This document shows positions 51,503 through 60,606 of a DNA stretch of 64,000 nucleotides, piece after piece. A program made the translations under genes and the position numbers. The stretch is taken from contig JAOTVV010000015.1 in the NCBI GenBank assembly GCA_029863245.1, positions 5,280 to 69,279 of the forward strand. The letters are read 5' to 3'. Source of the stretch: Gemmatimonadota bacterium. GTDB lineage: Bacteria; Gemmatimonadota; Gemmatimonadetes; Gemmatimonadales; GWC2-71-9. The number at the start of each line of letters is the position of its first letter. Within the stretch, counting starts at the first letter, position 1. The notes beneath the pieces are model-generated. The model had not been told where the DNA came from, did not search any database, and saw only the letters and a list, made by a program, of their open reading frames with translations.

Positions 51503-52496
51503 GCTTCGTCAGCTCGGCGGGCGGCTCGTGGCGGGAGCCGGCATCGTTTTGCTCGTGGTCACCCTCACGTTCTCCCTCATTAGCCTCGCACCCGGTGATC
51601 CCGCAAGGTTATGGGTGGGCCCGGGCGCTGGCGAGACCGAGCTCGCGGCGGCTCGGCGTGCGCTGGAACTGGACCGTCCTCTCGCCGTCCGGTATGTGTC
51701 CTGGCTCGTCGACTTCGCGCGTGGAGACTGGGGAGCGAGCCTCGCGCAGCAGCGGCCCGTTGCGCATGTCCTCTGGGACGCTCTTCCGCACACCCTCGTC
51801 CTGACCGGCGCGTCCCTGCTTCTCACGTATGTGGGGGGCGTCGTCCTTGGCCTGCTGCAGGCGATCACGCGTCGTTCGGCCCTCGACACCGGTCTCACCG
51901 TGACGAGTCTACTCGTATATGGCATGCCGGCCTACTGGCTCGCGATCATGCTGGTTCTCGTGTTCTCGTACGGAGCGGCCAGGTTCGGCTGGCCCGCGTG
52001 GCTCCACTTCCCGGCACTGGGCGTCGCCGGGTTGGACGCCGATTTCCTGTCACCGTGGGGCCGGGTGGTAGACCGCCTCCGCCATCTCGCGCTGCCGCTC
52101 GCCACGCTCGGTGCCATCGGCATTGCGGGCACCGCACGGTTCGTGCGCGGCGCCGTACTCGATGTGCGGGGTAGTGGCTTTGTTCGCACGGCCCGGGCCA
52201 AGGGCCTGTCGCCTCAGACGGTGGAAACCCGGCACGTCCTACGCAACGGGTTGCTCCCGGTCATCACCCTCCTCGGTCTGTCGCTCCCGGCCCTGGTCTC
52301 TGGAACCGTGTTCGTCGAGGTGGTCTTCGCCTGGCCCGGGATGGGGAGGGTGATGGTCGCCGCGGTGGGGGCGCGGGACTATCCGGTCGTCATGGCGGTG
52401 ACCGCCCTCTTCGCGGTGCTCGTCGTGCTAGGCAACCTCCTGGCCGACCTTCTGTACGCGGTGGCGGACCCGAGGCTCCGCCGAGGACTCTCGTGA
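51501..52496 (+). CDS. ABC transporter permease (DppB/OppB type)
   Basis: The N-terminus MLRQLGGRLVAGAGIVLLVVTLTFSLISLAPGDPA has the same spacing to PGDP as E. coli DppB as I recall it. Conserved loop FVRTARAKGLSPQTVETRHVLRNGLLPVITLLG. Confidence 0.9.
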   Translation: MLRQLGGRLVAGAGIVLLVVTLTFSLISLAPGDPARLWVGPGAGETELAAARRALELDRPLAVRYVSWLVDFARGDWGASLAQQRPVAHVLWDALPHTLVLTGASLLLTYVGGVVLGLLQAITRRSALDTGLTVTSLLVYGMPAYWLAIMLVLVFSYGAARFGWPAWLHFPALGVAGLDADFLSPWGRVVDRLRHLALPLATLGAIGIAGTARFVRGAVLDVRGSGFVRTARAKGLSPQTVETRHVLRNGLLPVITLLGLSLPALVSGTVFVEVVFAWPGMGRVMVAAVGARDYPVVMAVTALFAVLVVLGNLLADLLYAVADPRLRRGLS

Positions 52497-53431
52497 CCAG
52501 CGTGCGCGCACTCCTGACCGACTCGCGGTCGGTGGTCGGCTTGGCACTTCTCGCCGGTTTCGCCCTGTTCGGCGTCTTCGCCCCATTGCTGTCGCCGATA
52601 GACCCCCTGGCCCAAACCGACGTGGTCACCACACGCTTCCTGCCGCCACTCACCGTCGGTCAGGATGGAATTCGCCGCCTCTTGGGAACCGACGCGCTCG
52701 GGCGAGATCTCTTCACGAGGCTGGCGTACGGGGCACGCATTTCTCTGGCAGTGGGTCTGCTGGCCGTGGCGGTCTCGTTGGCGGTCGGGGGGATGGTCGG
52801 CGTGACGGCGGCGATGATCGGAGGCCTCCCGGAGCGCGCCCTCATGGCCGTCACGGATGCGGCGCTAGCGATGCCGAGGATCGTGCTGCTGTTGGTACTA
52901 GTAACCCTCTGGCAACAGTCGCTCCTGTTGGTGGTGCTGGTCCTCGGGTTCACCGGATGGATGGGCGTCGCCCGCTTGGCGAGAGCCGAGGTGCGTGGGC
53001 TCCTTGGCAGACCGTTCGTCGAGGCTGCCCGCGCATCCGGTCAAGGCGCGGCTAGGCTCCTCATGCGCCACCTCCTCCCCAATGCGGCCACCCCCCTTAT
53101 TGTGGCAGCCGCCCTCGGGGTGGGAAACGCGATCATGCTCGAGGCAGGCCTCTCGTTTCTCGGCCTCGGGATTCCCGCCCCGGCCCCGTCCTGGGGCAAC
53201 ATGATCGCGAACGGGCGTGACGCTCTGGTGAACGCACCGTGGGTGGCGACGCTTCCGGGTCTTGCCGTGGCTGTCACGGTCGTCGCGTGCAACCTCCTGG
53301 GAGACGGACTGCGTGACGCGCTCGACCCGCAGAGCCGATTGGCCTCGCGTGCTACTCCTCGTCGCCCAGCGGCAGGGTCGTCAGTCCCTCCCGCAAGGCC
53401 GGATGCAGCCGCAGCAGGTACCAGCCCATGA
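52493..53431 (+). CDS. ABC transporter permease (DppC/OppC type)
   Basis: The GTG start overlaps the upstream stop (GTGA 52493-52496). Blocks LGTDALGRDLFTRLAYGARISL, FVEAARASGQGAARLLMRHLLPNA and GDGLRDALDP. An unusual ~30-aa tail follows the usual C-terminus and overlaps the convergent gene. Confidence 0.88.
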   Translation: MTSVRALLTDSRSVVGLALLAGFALFGVFAPLLSPIDPLAQTDVVTTRFLPPLTVGQDGIRRLLGTDALGRDLFTRLAYGARISLAVGLLAVAVSLAVGGMVGVTAAMIGGLPERALMAVTDAALAMPRIVLLLVLVTLWQQSLLLVVLVLGFTGWMGVARLARAEVRGLLGRPFVEAARASGQGAARLLMRHLLPNAATPLIVAAALGVGNAIMLEAGLSFLGLGIPAPAPSWGNMIANGRDALVNAPWVATLPGLAVAVTVVACNLLGDGLRDALDPQSRLASRATPRRPAAGSSVPPARPDAAAAGTSP

Positions 53432-53924
53432 CCACTGCCGCCGCGAGGCTCACCACACCGATCTGCCACCATGCCCCACCGGTGAGGAGCGACTGGCCGA
53501 ACAGCAGCAGCGCGGCGTAGATATGCGCTCCGACGAAGATCAGCACGAACAGGACCGCATATCGGAAGACCGGGTAACGCTCGGCCTTCGCCACGAGCCA
53601 CGATGCAACAAAGCCCAGCGCCAAGAACGCCAGCACGTGGACCATGTTGTACGCCAAGACCGGCCCCGGCGTGATCTCGAGCGCGCTCGGGTCGCTCAGT
53701 CCATAGAAGAGAACCCCTCCAAACATGGCGGGGGTGTAGAAGGGAGACTGACCCGCTAGCACGTTGATCAACGCAAACAGTACGACCACCGTCCCGTACC
53801 CCAACAGGCCGGCAAACAGACCGCCGTTGAGCACCAGCTTGGTCTCGGATCGCGTAGGCACCTCCCGTGCAATGGGACCCGGAGTTCGCGTCTCGTCGCC
53901 GCGAGCCGCGATCGATCCCCACAT
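53352..53924 (-). CDS. Integral membrane protein, unknown function
   Basis: 190 aa with about five clear hydrophobic helices (LFAGLLGYGTVVVLFALINVL, VLAYNMVHVLAFLALGFVASWLV, AVLFVLIFVGAHIYAALLLF, WWQIGVVSLAAAVVMGWYLL). No recognisable family. Confidence 0.55.
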   Translation of the reverse strand: MWGSIAARGDETRTPGPIAREVPTRSETKLVLNGGLFAGLLGYGTVVVLFALINVLAGQSPFYTPAMFGGVLFYGLSDPSALEITPGPVLAYNMVHVLAFLALGFVASWLVAKAERYPVFRYAVLFVLIFVGAHIYAALLLFGQSLLTGGAWWQIGVVSLAAAVVMGWYLLRLHPALREGLTTLPLGDEE

Positions 53925-53931
53925 TAGGGAG

Positions 53932-56586
53932 TCAGGAAGGGCGATTCAAGAGCGGCTCCACCTGGACGGTCACTACCGCCCGAGGGGACGCGAGAAACTC
54001 GACTCGCCGCCCGCCCTCGATCGGCACGAGCGGCGCGACCGCCGACTCGTCCAGAGCCGTCAGCCGAGCCGCGGCGATCGGCTGGGCGAACACCCATGCG
54101 CCGCGCACCGGCCGGTCGGTCACGTTGACACATCGCAATACCACGCCACTGCCCGACTCGCTCGGCTTGGCGGCCTTGAACACCAGTCCGGACCCGTCGA
54201 GCAATGGACCCACCACCCGGCGCGGCGGGTCGATCGCCCAATTCAGCATGAGCCCGCCCAACGGTGCGTGGAACTCCTCGGCCAGGGTCTCGACGGTGAG
54301 TAGGTCGTCGTGCGAGGTCCCGGATCCTATCCGGCGGGGCGCCACAGCCATCTCGGTCCGGAACGGCCCGAGCTCCTGCGCATCGGGGATCGCGGCTGGC
54401 CATGCCGCGTGACCCGGCCTCGCCGCCAAATCGTCACGGGAGAGCTCGCCAACCGCCCGCAGTAGCGTGACCGCCACCTTCCCGTCCGGCGTGAGCTCGT
54501 ACTCGTACGTCCCGCGGCCGAAGACTGTGAGCCCACCCGCCACGCTGACATAGCGATGCATCGGAGCCGTCGCCACCGGGTACTCCATCGGCGAGTGCTC
54601 TGCCGCATGACCAGCGACTCGGCGTTGGACGGGGCCGTACTGCATGTCGGCAAGCACCTCCGGCCCACCCGACCCCTGCGGAAGGGGGAAGAGCACGCGG
54701 AGCCGGTGATGACCGCTGTGATTCCAGCCCTCGATCACGAACCGCACCAACCGGGAGCGCGCATCGAGCCGCGCATACACCACACCATGCGCCCGACCCG
54801 GCACGTGAAAGTCCCGAGCCGCCGCCGCGACCAGCGGGCCTCCCCGCACAGTCCGGCACGGGCCGAACTCCGCCGTCAGCGGCGGTGTGGACCCGTCGAG
54901 CTGATGGGTGTACGCGTCACCAACGTCGCGCTCGCTCACGAGGGATCCCAGTCCGGTGAAGGTGCGACCGCTCTCATCATCCACGAGGGCAAAGCCCCCA
55001 CCGGGATCGGGTGCGACGCTGCCCCACTCAGCGGCGAGCCTCCGGCCACTGAGCCACACGTGGGGTGTAGGCTCGACGCTGGATCGGCTCTCGACCACCC
55101 GCAGCTGCGAGAGCCCCAGGGGCGGCACCCCCTCGGCGAGACACGCCACGCGAAAGGCGGCGACCGACCACTGGACCGGGTAGTCATCCGGGGAGTCCAG
55201 ACGCTCGTAGCCTCGATACTGCTCGAGCACCTGGAGCGGAAGGAGTCTGCCCTCTTCATCCATGAGCCCCGGTGCCCGCGGCCAGCCCGGAGATCGGCCT
55301 CTGCGGCGCGCCGGCGGAAACCCGACCGACAGCTGTTCCCTCGGCACGGTGATCGTGCATTCGCACACCCCACCTCGCGCGTAAGGAGACGGGTTCATGA
55401 CCGCGACGACCGGCTCCCAGTCCGCGGGCTTCGCTCGCACGGCGGCCCGATCGATGCCGAGGCGATCGTGAATCGCGTCGACCAAGATCCCGTGCGCTTG
55501 GGTGATCACACCGGCGGCACGCCGGCCCACGTCGCGAGCCACCTGGTCCGTGGTGGTGCCAGCGAGGGAATCGTGGAATCCGTTCTCCAGATGGTCGCGC
55601 CACGCGGAGGCGAGGACCGGCATGCGAGTCGGCCCGCCACGAAGCGCCGCCAGAGCGGCGGCGGGCTCCGCCCAGCGAAGCAAGAGCCGCTCGCCCTCGG
55701 CAATACGCCGCTTGAGTCGAGAACGGGTGGCGTGCACACCTTGCAGTGTCCACGTGTAGCCGTAGGACTCGCGCAATTCCCCCCAGACCTCCGGCGGGGC
55801 TGCGTCGTCTGGGACAGCCTCGAAGTAGTGAACCGGAGAGGCCAGCTGGGCGTGCACCGTCGGGTCGATCGCGCCGAGCGCGTCCACGGCGTCGGGTAGG
55901 GTGGTTTGGTACCGGTGGTGATCGGCGCCGCTCAGGAGCAGCCACGGACCTTGAGATGCGCGCCGCGCGAATGCGGCCCGGAGTCGGGCCCAGCGTTCGC
56001 GGAGCGCGTGAGGATCGGTGGGCAGCTTGGCTCCCACCTCGTAGCCTTCCGGCGGGAGGTGATGCACCAGGACGAGCGATCCGTCCGGACCGCGCCAGCG
56101 AAAGAGATCCGGGTTCGAGTCCGACCCGCCGTAGCCACGCCACAGGATGGCGTGGCGAATGCCGAAGCCAGAGAGAACCGTAGGCAGAGCGGCGGGATGG
56201 CCAAACGCATCGGGGCTGTATCCGACAGGAAGCCAGCCACCCAGAGCCTGGCCGTCGGCCCGACCGAGCAGGAGATTGCGGACGAGCGTCTCGTCGGCCG
56301 GCAGCAACTCATCGGTCAGCACGTACCACGGGCCGACCAGCAATCGGCCTCCGCGAACCAGCGCCTCGACCCGGGATCGCTGGTCGGGCCGCACTTCGAG
56401 GTAGTCCCGTACGATCACTGTCTGCCCGTCCAGGAGAAACGGACCGGCACGCTCGGAGGTCTCGAGCGCCTCGATGGCCGCATCGAGCGTCTCCACGAGC
56501 CGCTGGCGAAACCGCACCTGGGGCTCGAACCACTCGCGGTCCCAGTGAACGTGGGGGACGACGAACAGCTCGACCGTGTGCGCCAC
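53932..56586 (-). CDS. Glycoside hydrolase family 38 alpha-mannosidase (cytosolic type)
   Basis: GH38 N-terminal metal/catalytic signature FVVPHVHWDREWF and large collinear central and C-terminal domains. Start uncertain: GTG 56586 (VAHTVELFVVPHVHWD) is preferred; the track ATG 56712 adds an Arg/Pro-rich 42 aa and overlaps the upstream gene by 31 nt. Confidence 0.85.
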   Translation of the reverse strand: MAHTVELFVVPHVHWDREWFEPQVRFRQRLVETLDAAIEALETSERAGPFLLDGQTVIVRDYLEVRPDQRSRVEALVRGGRLLVGPWYVLTDELLPADETLVRNLLLGRADGQALGGWLPVGYSPDAFGHPAALPTVLSGFGIRHAILWRGYGGSDSNPDLFRWRGPDGSLVLVHHLPPEGYEVGAKLPTDPHALRERWARLRAAFARRASQGPWLLLSGADHHRYQTTLPDAVDALGAIDPTVHAQLASPVHYFEAVPDDAAPPEVWGELRESYGYTWTLQGVHATRSRLKRRIAEGERLLLRWAEPAAALAALRGGPTRMPVLASAWRDHLENGFHDSLAGTTTDQVARDVGRRAAGVITQAHGILVDAIHDRLGIDRAAVRAKPADWEPVVAVMNPSPYARGGVCECTITVPREQLSVGFPPARRRGRSPGWPRAPGLMDEEGRLLPLQVLEQYRGYERLDSPDDYPVQWSVAAFRVACLAEGVPPLGLSQLRVVESRSSVEPTPHVWLSGRRLAAEWGSVAPDPGGGFALVDDESGRTFTGLGSLVSERDVGDAYTHQLDGSTPPLTAEFGPCRTVRGGPLVAAAARDFHVPGRAHGVVYARLDARSRLVRFVIEGWNHSGHHRLRVLFPLPQGSGGPEVLADMQYGPVQRRVAGHAAEHSPMEYPVATAPMHRYVSVAGGLTVFGRGTYEYELTPDGKVAVTLLRAVGELSRDDLAARPGHAAWPAAIPDAQELGPFRTEMAVAPRRIGSGTSHDDLLTVETLAEEFHAPLGGLMLNWAIDPPRRVVGPLLDGSGLVFKAAKPSESGSGVVLRCVNVTDRPVRGAWVFAQPIAAARLTALDESAVAPLVPIEGGRRVEFLASPRAVVTVQVEPLLNRPS

Positions 56587-56681
56587 GGGGCGCCCTACCG
56601 CGTCCCGGCGCCGAGCAGGGCCGGTCCAATCGGGACGGTGAGGCAGGCGGCGAGACGGACCCGGCAGCGGCGCATCGCGTG

Positions 56682-57671
56682 TTACGATCCTTCCCGGCGT
56701 GCGGCGTCCCACGACATCACGATCGATCCCACGCTACGGTTCGACTCCATGTACCGATGGGCCTCGGCGGCGTCCTCGATTCGAAAGATGCGATCGACGA
56801 CGGGGCGGATGCGGCCCACCTCGAACAACGGGAGTACCACGCGTCTGAATGTGGCAACGAGCCGCCCCTTCTCCTCGACGCTGCGATGGCGCAGCGTCGT
56901 GCCGACCAATGTGAGCCGCTTCCGCAGCAGGAGCCCCATGTCGAGCTCGGCGGCCCGTCCACCGGTGAGCCCGATGACGATGATTCGGCCCTTCGGGGCA
57001 GCCGCCAGGAGATTCCCGGGCAGGTAGCCGCCGCCAACCAGATCGCAGATCACGTCGGCCCAGTTCGTCAACTCGCCGTTCGGGGAGAACGCCCCAGATA
57101 CCGCGATCGGCCGATCGAGTCCCTCGCCGAGCATCCGCTCGAGCTTGGCAGGCGTGCGAGAGGTACCAGCGACGACCGCCCCTCGTGCGCGACAAAGGTG
57201 AACGAGCGCGACACCGACGCCGCTCGCGACCGCGTGCACTAACACGCGTTCTCGTTCACGAGTCCCAACTTGCTCGAGGGCATCGAACGCCGTGAGGTAG
57301 GCTTCCGGCACCGCCGCCGCCTGCTCGAACGTCCAGCCGCCCGGTATGGGAAGGAGCTGCGCGGCCGGCACTGAGGCCAATTCGGCGTACGCCCCACCCG
57401 CGAGCAGGGCCATGGCGCGGTCGCCCGATGTCCACTCGGCCACCTCGCCGCCAACAGCCTCGACCACGCCGGCCGCCTCGAGGCCCGGGATGTCAGCCGG
57501 AACGCCGGCCGGCGCTGGGTAGCGACCCAGCCGCTGGAGGATGTCCGCACGGTTCACCCCGACGGCGGCCACGCGGAGGAGCACCTCGTTCACCGACGGA
57601 GTCGGCTCGGGCACTGTGGTCACCCGCAGCGTGTCTGGTGCACCGGGAGACGAGATACGTACTGCACGCAT
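56682..57671 (-). CDS. NADPH:quinone oxidoreductase / zeta-crystallin-type medium-chain dehydrogenase
   Basis: MRAVRISSPGAPDTLRV, GVNRADILQRLGRYP, PGLEAAGVVEAVG, cofactor motif HAVASGVGVAL. No zinc-ligand Cys pattern, which is typical of Qor. Confidence 0.88.
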   Translation of the reverse strand: MRAVRISSPGAPDTLRVTTVPEPTPSVNEVLLRVAAVGVNRADILQRLGRYPAPAGVPADIPGLEAAGVVEAVGGEVAEWTSGDRAMALLAGGAYAELASVPAAQLLPIPGGWTFEQAAAVPEAYLTAFDALEQVGTRERERVLVHAVASGVGVALVHLCRARGAVVAGTSRTPAKLERMLGEGLDRPIAVSGAFSPNGELTNWADVICDLVGGGYLPGNLLAAAPKGRIIVIGLTGGRAAELDMGLLLRKRLTLVGTTLRHRSVEEKGRLVATFRRVVLPLFEVGRIRPVVDRIFRIEDAAEAHRYMESNRSVGSIVMSWDAARREGS

Positions 57672-57728
57672 GGCAGGAAGGTCGGCAGCGAGGCCGTGGT
57701 CCGCCAGAGGGAGTGTATCTTACGTGCC

Positions 57729-59495
57729 ATGCCGCACCGTGCACCGCCACACCCCCCGCTGATCGCTCCCGAGGTGGACAGCGTGGCCCTGTTTGACGCG
57801 GTCCAGCAAGAGTTCGCGGGCACGTTCGAAACCCTCGAGCTCGTAGCTGCGTCGACCGCCCGTTGCCTGTTCATGGCCCGGGACGTGGTGCTGAAACGTC
57901 ACGTCGGCCTCCGAGTTCACGTGCAGGCGGAGGCACCGAGCCGACGGTGGTTCGAGCGAGAGAATGAGCTCCTCGCCACACTGGACCATCCCGCGGTCCG
58001 CGCGGTGCTCGCAGCGGGGTATCGTAACGAGTGGGCGTATCGGATCGTGAAGTGGATCGAGGGTGAGAGCCTAGCCGATACCGTTGCCAGAGGTCCACTG
58101 ACCATTCCCACCGTCCTGCGGCTCGCCCGCAACCTGGCCAGCGTGCTCGACTACGTGCACACCCTGGGCATCGTGATCCGCCGGCTGGCGCCGCCGACGA
58201 TCATGATCGACAACAGCGAGCGCGCGCATGTCATCGATCTCCGGTATGCGAACGTGTTACTGGAGGTAGCGAGCCCCGAAACCGACCCCGGGCAGGAGCC
58301 TTTCATCGCTCCGGAGATCCGCGGCGGCGAACCGGGGGATCCGTCGTGCGACATGTATAGCGCTGCCGCCCTCCTGTATTTCGCGGTGACGGGCACAGCC
58401 CCGGATCTCGAACCGGAGCGTGTGACCGGCCCTCGCTCGATCCGCGAGGCCTGCCCGATGGCGCTGGAGCGGGTGATCATGCGCGGTCTCCGGCGGGATC
58501 CGACAGACCGTTTTCTCACCGCCATCGAGATGGTGGAAGACCTCCTGACTGATTTCGACGTGCAGTCACCGCTGGCCTCGGAGCGCGCCCCGCAGGTAGA
58601 CGACCCTCGGGCCTGGGAGAAGCGCCTGCGCCGGGCGCTCGGTGACGAGTACGAGTTGCTGGAGGAACTCGGTGCGGGTGGGTTCGGCCGCGTGTACCGC
58701 GTCCGCGACCTGGCGCTGGAACGCCAAGTCGCGCTCAAGGTCCTGCATCCGCACCTCGTAATCGACCCGGATGTGGTGGAGCGGTTCCGGCGCGAAGCGC
58801 GCATGGCCGCGCAACTCGTGCATCCGTATATCGCCAACACCTACGATATCGGACAACGCGGCGGCCTGCTGTGGTACACCATGGAGTACGTGCGAGGGAG
58901 GAACCTGGCCAGGACCGTGCAAGCCGAGGGTGCGCTTCCGGCAGAGCGGGTGGTTCGGGTGCTGCGGGAGACCCTCTCCGCCCTCGACTACGCGCATGCC
59001 TTCGGGCTCGTCCATCGAGACCTCAAGCCCGAGAACATCCTGATCGACAAAGCCACCGGCAACGTGCGCATCGTCGACTTCGGGCTCGCGATCGGGCTAC
59101 GGGGAAAGGACGGCTCGGGACCGACAGCCTCGCAGTCGGGAACGCCCGATTTCGCCGCGCCGGAGCAGCTCCTCGGCGAGCATGTGGATCATCGGAGCGA
59201 CCTGTATTCGCTCTCGCTGGTCGGCCTGTACGCCCTCACAGGGCGGCTCCCGTTCGGCTCGGGCACAGTGGAGGCCACGCTGGCGCTGCGCGCTACCGGC
59301 GATCCTCCAGAGCTCGACGACGTGCGCAAGCGGCTGCCGGTTCCTTTGGCACGCGTGTTGGCGCGCGGAGTCGCCGCGCAACCCGCCGAGCGGTTTCAGT
59401 CTGCCGCCGAATACAGCCGCGCCCTGGCTGCCGCGACCCGTAAGAATGGGAGCGTGCTCAGCGGCCTCTGGCGGAAGATCACCAAGGGGAACTGA
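57729..59495 (+). CDS. Cytoplasmic tandem-kinase protein: N-terminal degenerate (pseudo)kinase domain + C-terminal canonical Hanks-type Ser/Thr kinase
   Basis: The C-terminal domain has all catalytic motifs (LGAGGFGRVY, VALKVL, E in RFRREARM, HRDLKPENILID, VDFGLA, DFAAPE, DLYSLS). The N-terminal domain is kinase-fold-like but has LVAASTARCLF (no Gly loop), VGLRV (no Lys), IVIRRLAPPTIMID (no HRD Asp/Lys/Asn) and IDLRYA (no DFG). ATG 57729 is preferred; GTG 57696 is an alternative. Confidence 0.85.
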   Translation: MPHRAPPHPPLIAPEVDSVALFDAVQQEFAGTFETLELVAASTARCLFMARDVVLKRHVGLRVHVQAEAPSRRWFERENELLATLDHPAVRAVLAAGYRNEWAYRIVKWIEGESLADTVARGPLTIPTVLRLARNLASVLDYVHTLGIVIRRLAPPTIMIDNSERAHVIDLRYANVLLEVASPETDPGQEPFIAPEIRGGEPGDPSCDMYSAAALLYFAVTGTAPDLEPERVTGPRSIREACPMALERVIMRGLRRDPTDRFLTAIEMVEDLLTDFDVQSPLASERAPQVDDPRAWEKRLRRALGDEYELLEELGAGGFGRVYRVRDLALERQVALKVLHPHLVIDPDVVERFRREARMAAQLVHPYIANTYDIGQRGGLLWYTMEYVRGRNLARTVQAEGALPAERVVRVLRETLSALDYAHAFGLVHRDLKPENILIDKATGNVRIVDFGLAIGLRGKDGSGPTASQSGTPDFAAPEQLLGEHVDHRSDLYSLSLVGLYALTGRLPFGSGTVEATLALRATGDPPELDDVRKRLPVPLARVLARGVAAQPAERFQSAAEYSRALAAATRKNGSVLSGLWRKITKGN

Positions 59496-59507
59496 GCCGG
59501 ATTGCGG

Positions 59508-60599
59508 ATGCACATCGCCATGATCACCGCCACCCCTCGATCCGTGCGGCAAGGGAGCGGCACCTTCGTGGCGCTCGAAACGTTGGCCCCGGGCCTCGAG
59601 GCGCTCGGCCATCGGGTCGAAGTTGTGGCACCCGCGCGCGGACCAGGCATGCTGGGCTACACGCTGCACCGCTTCCGGTTCAATCGCTCCTTGCGGGCCG
59701 CGCAGGTCGCCTCGGCCGACCTGGTCGTGGGGTGGGACATGGATGGGTACCGACTGGCTGGCCAGCTCCCCTGCCCCTTCGTCACCTATGTGCACGGCCA
59801 GTTGGCCGATGAAGCACGGTTCGAGCGTGGGCTCGTCGCGCACTCGATGCGCCTACAGGCGAGGGCCGAGCGGCGGAGCGCCTGGCGGGCGGACCATGTC
59901 CTGACCGTCAGTCAATACGCGCGCCGGCGGCTCATTGAGTTATATGCGCTGTGGCCAGCACGGGTTTCCGTAGTGCCGCCGGCCTTCGACGTCGCGCGGT
60001 GGCGTGAGGCTCTCGACCGTCTCCCGTCGCCCGCGGCCCCGTCACGACCCACGGTGCTCAGTGTGGCCCGCATGTACCCGCGCAAGAACCTCCACGTCCT
60101 GGTGACGGCCGCAGGGCTGCTGCGCGCTCGGGTTCCCGACGTGCGCGTTCGCCTGATCGGGGACGGACCGGAGCGAGGCCGACTGGAGCGGCAGGTCCGC
60201 CGGCTGAAGCTGACGGGCTGCGTCGAGCTCGCGGGTCAGGTGACCTACGCGAGCTTGGTCGAGGCGTATGCCAGCTGCGACGTGTTCTGCCTGCCGAGCC
60301 GGCAAGAGGGCTTCGGAATCGTCTTCCTCGAGGCCATGGCCGCCGGGAAGCCGGTGGTGGCGTGTCGCGGGACCGCGGCGGAAGAGCTCGTCGACCCGGA
60401 TCTGGGCATCCTCGTTCCCACCGACGACGCGCGGGCGCTTGCCGACGCGCTGCATCGGCTCCTGACCGATCCGGCCGAGCGGGCGCGCCTCGGGTCGCGG
60501 GGCCCGGCGCGCGCCGAGGCCTTTGCCCCACTCCCAACGGCGCGGCGGTTCATGGAGGCTGTGACAAGCGCTTCCACGCCCGCACCGCGCACTCCATGA
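59508..60599 (+). CDS. GT4-family (GT-B fold) glycosyltransferase
   Basis: The ATG lies 12 nt after the kinase stop. The N-terminal domain is MHIAMITATP...GSGTFV. C-terminal signature RKNLHVLV, RLIGDGPERGRLE and PSRQEGFGIVFLEAMAAGKPVVA (E-x7-E-type motif). Confidence 0.85.
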   Translation: MHIAMITATPRSVRQGSGTFVALETLAPGLEALGHRVEVVAPARGPGMLGYTLHRFRFNRSLRAAQVASADLVVGWDMDGYRLAGQLPCPFVTYVHGQLADEARFERGLVAHSMRLQARAERRSAWRADHVLTVSQYARRRLIELYALWPARVSVVPPAFDVARWREALDRLPSPAAPSRPTVLSVARMYPRKNLHVLVTAAGLLRARVPDVRVRLIGDGPERGRLERQVRRLKLTGCVELAGQVTYASLVEAYASCDVFCLPSRQEGFGIVFLEAMAAGKPVVACRGTAAEELVDPDLGILVPTDDARALADALHRLLTDPAERARLGSRGPARAEAFAPLPTARRFMEAVTSASTPAPRTP

Positions 60600-60606
60600 G
60601 GTGCCC

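Noticed and set aside
53352-53431. Convergent gene overlaps (53352-53431 DppC tail vs membrane protein; 61408-61440 hydrolase vs RND; 33720-33743 anti-sigma vs XdhC)
   Set aside because: I considered antisense regulation or mis-called ends, but the stops are fixed by the sequence. Short 3' overlaps are common in stop-poor high-GC genomes, so this is not reported as a finding.
54556-57027. Two long plus-strand ORFs (54556-55899, 55906-57027) opposite the GH38 and Qor genes
   Set aside because: They are antisense shadows of well-supported genes, with Arg/Pro-rich translations.
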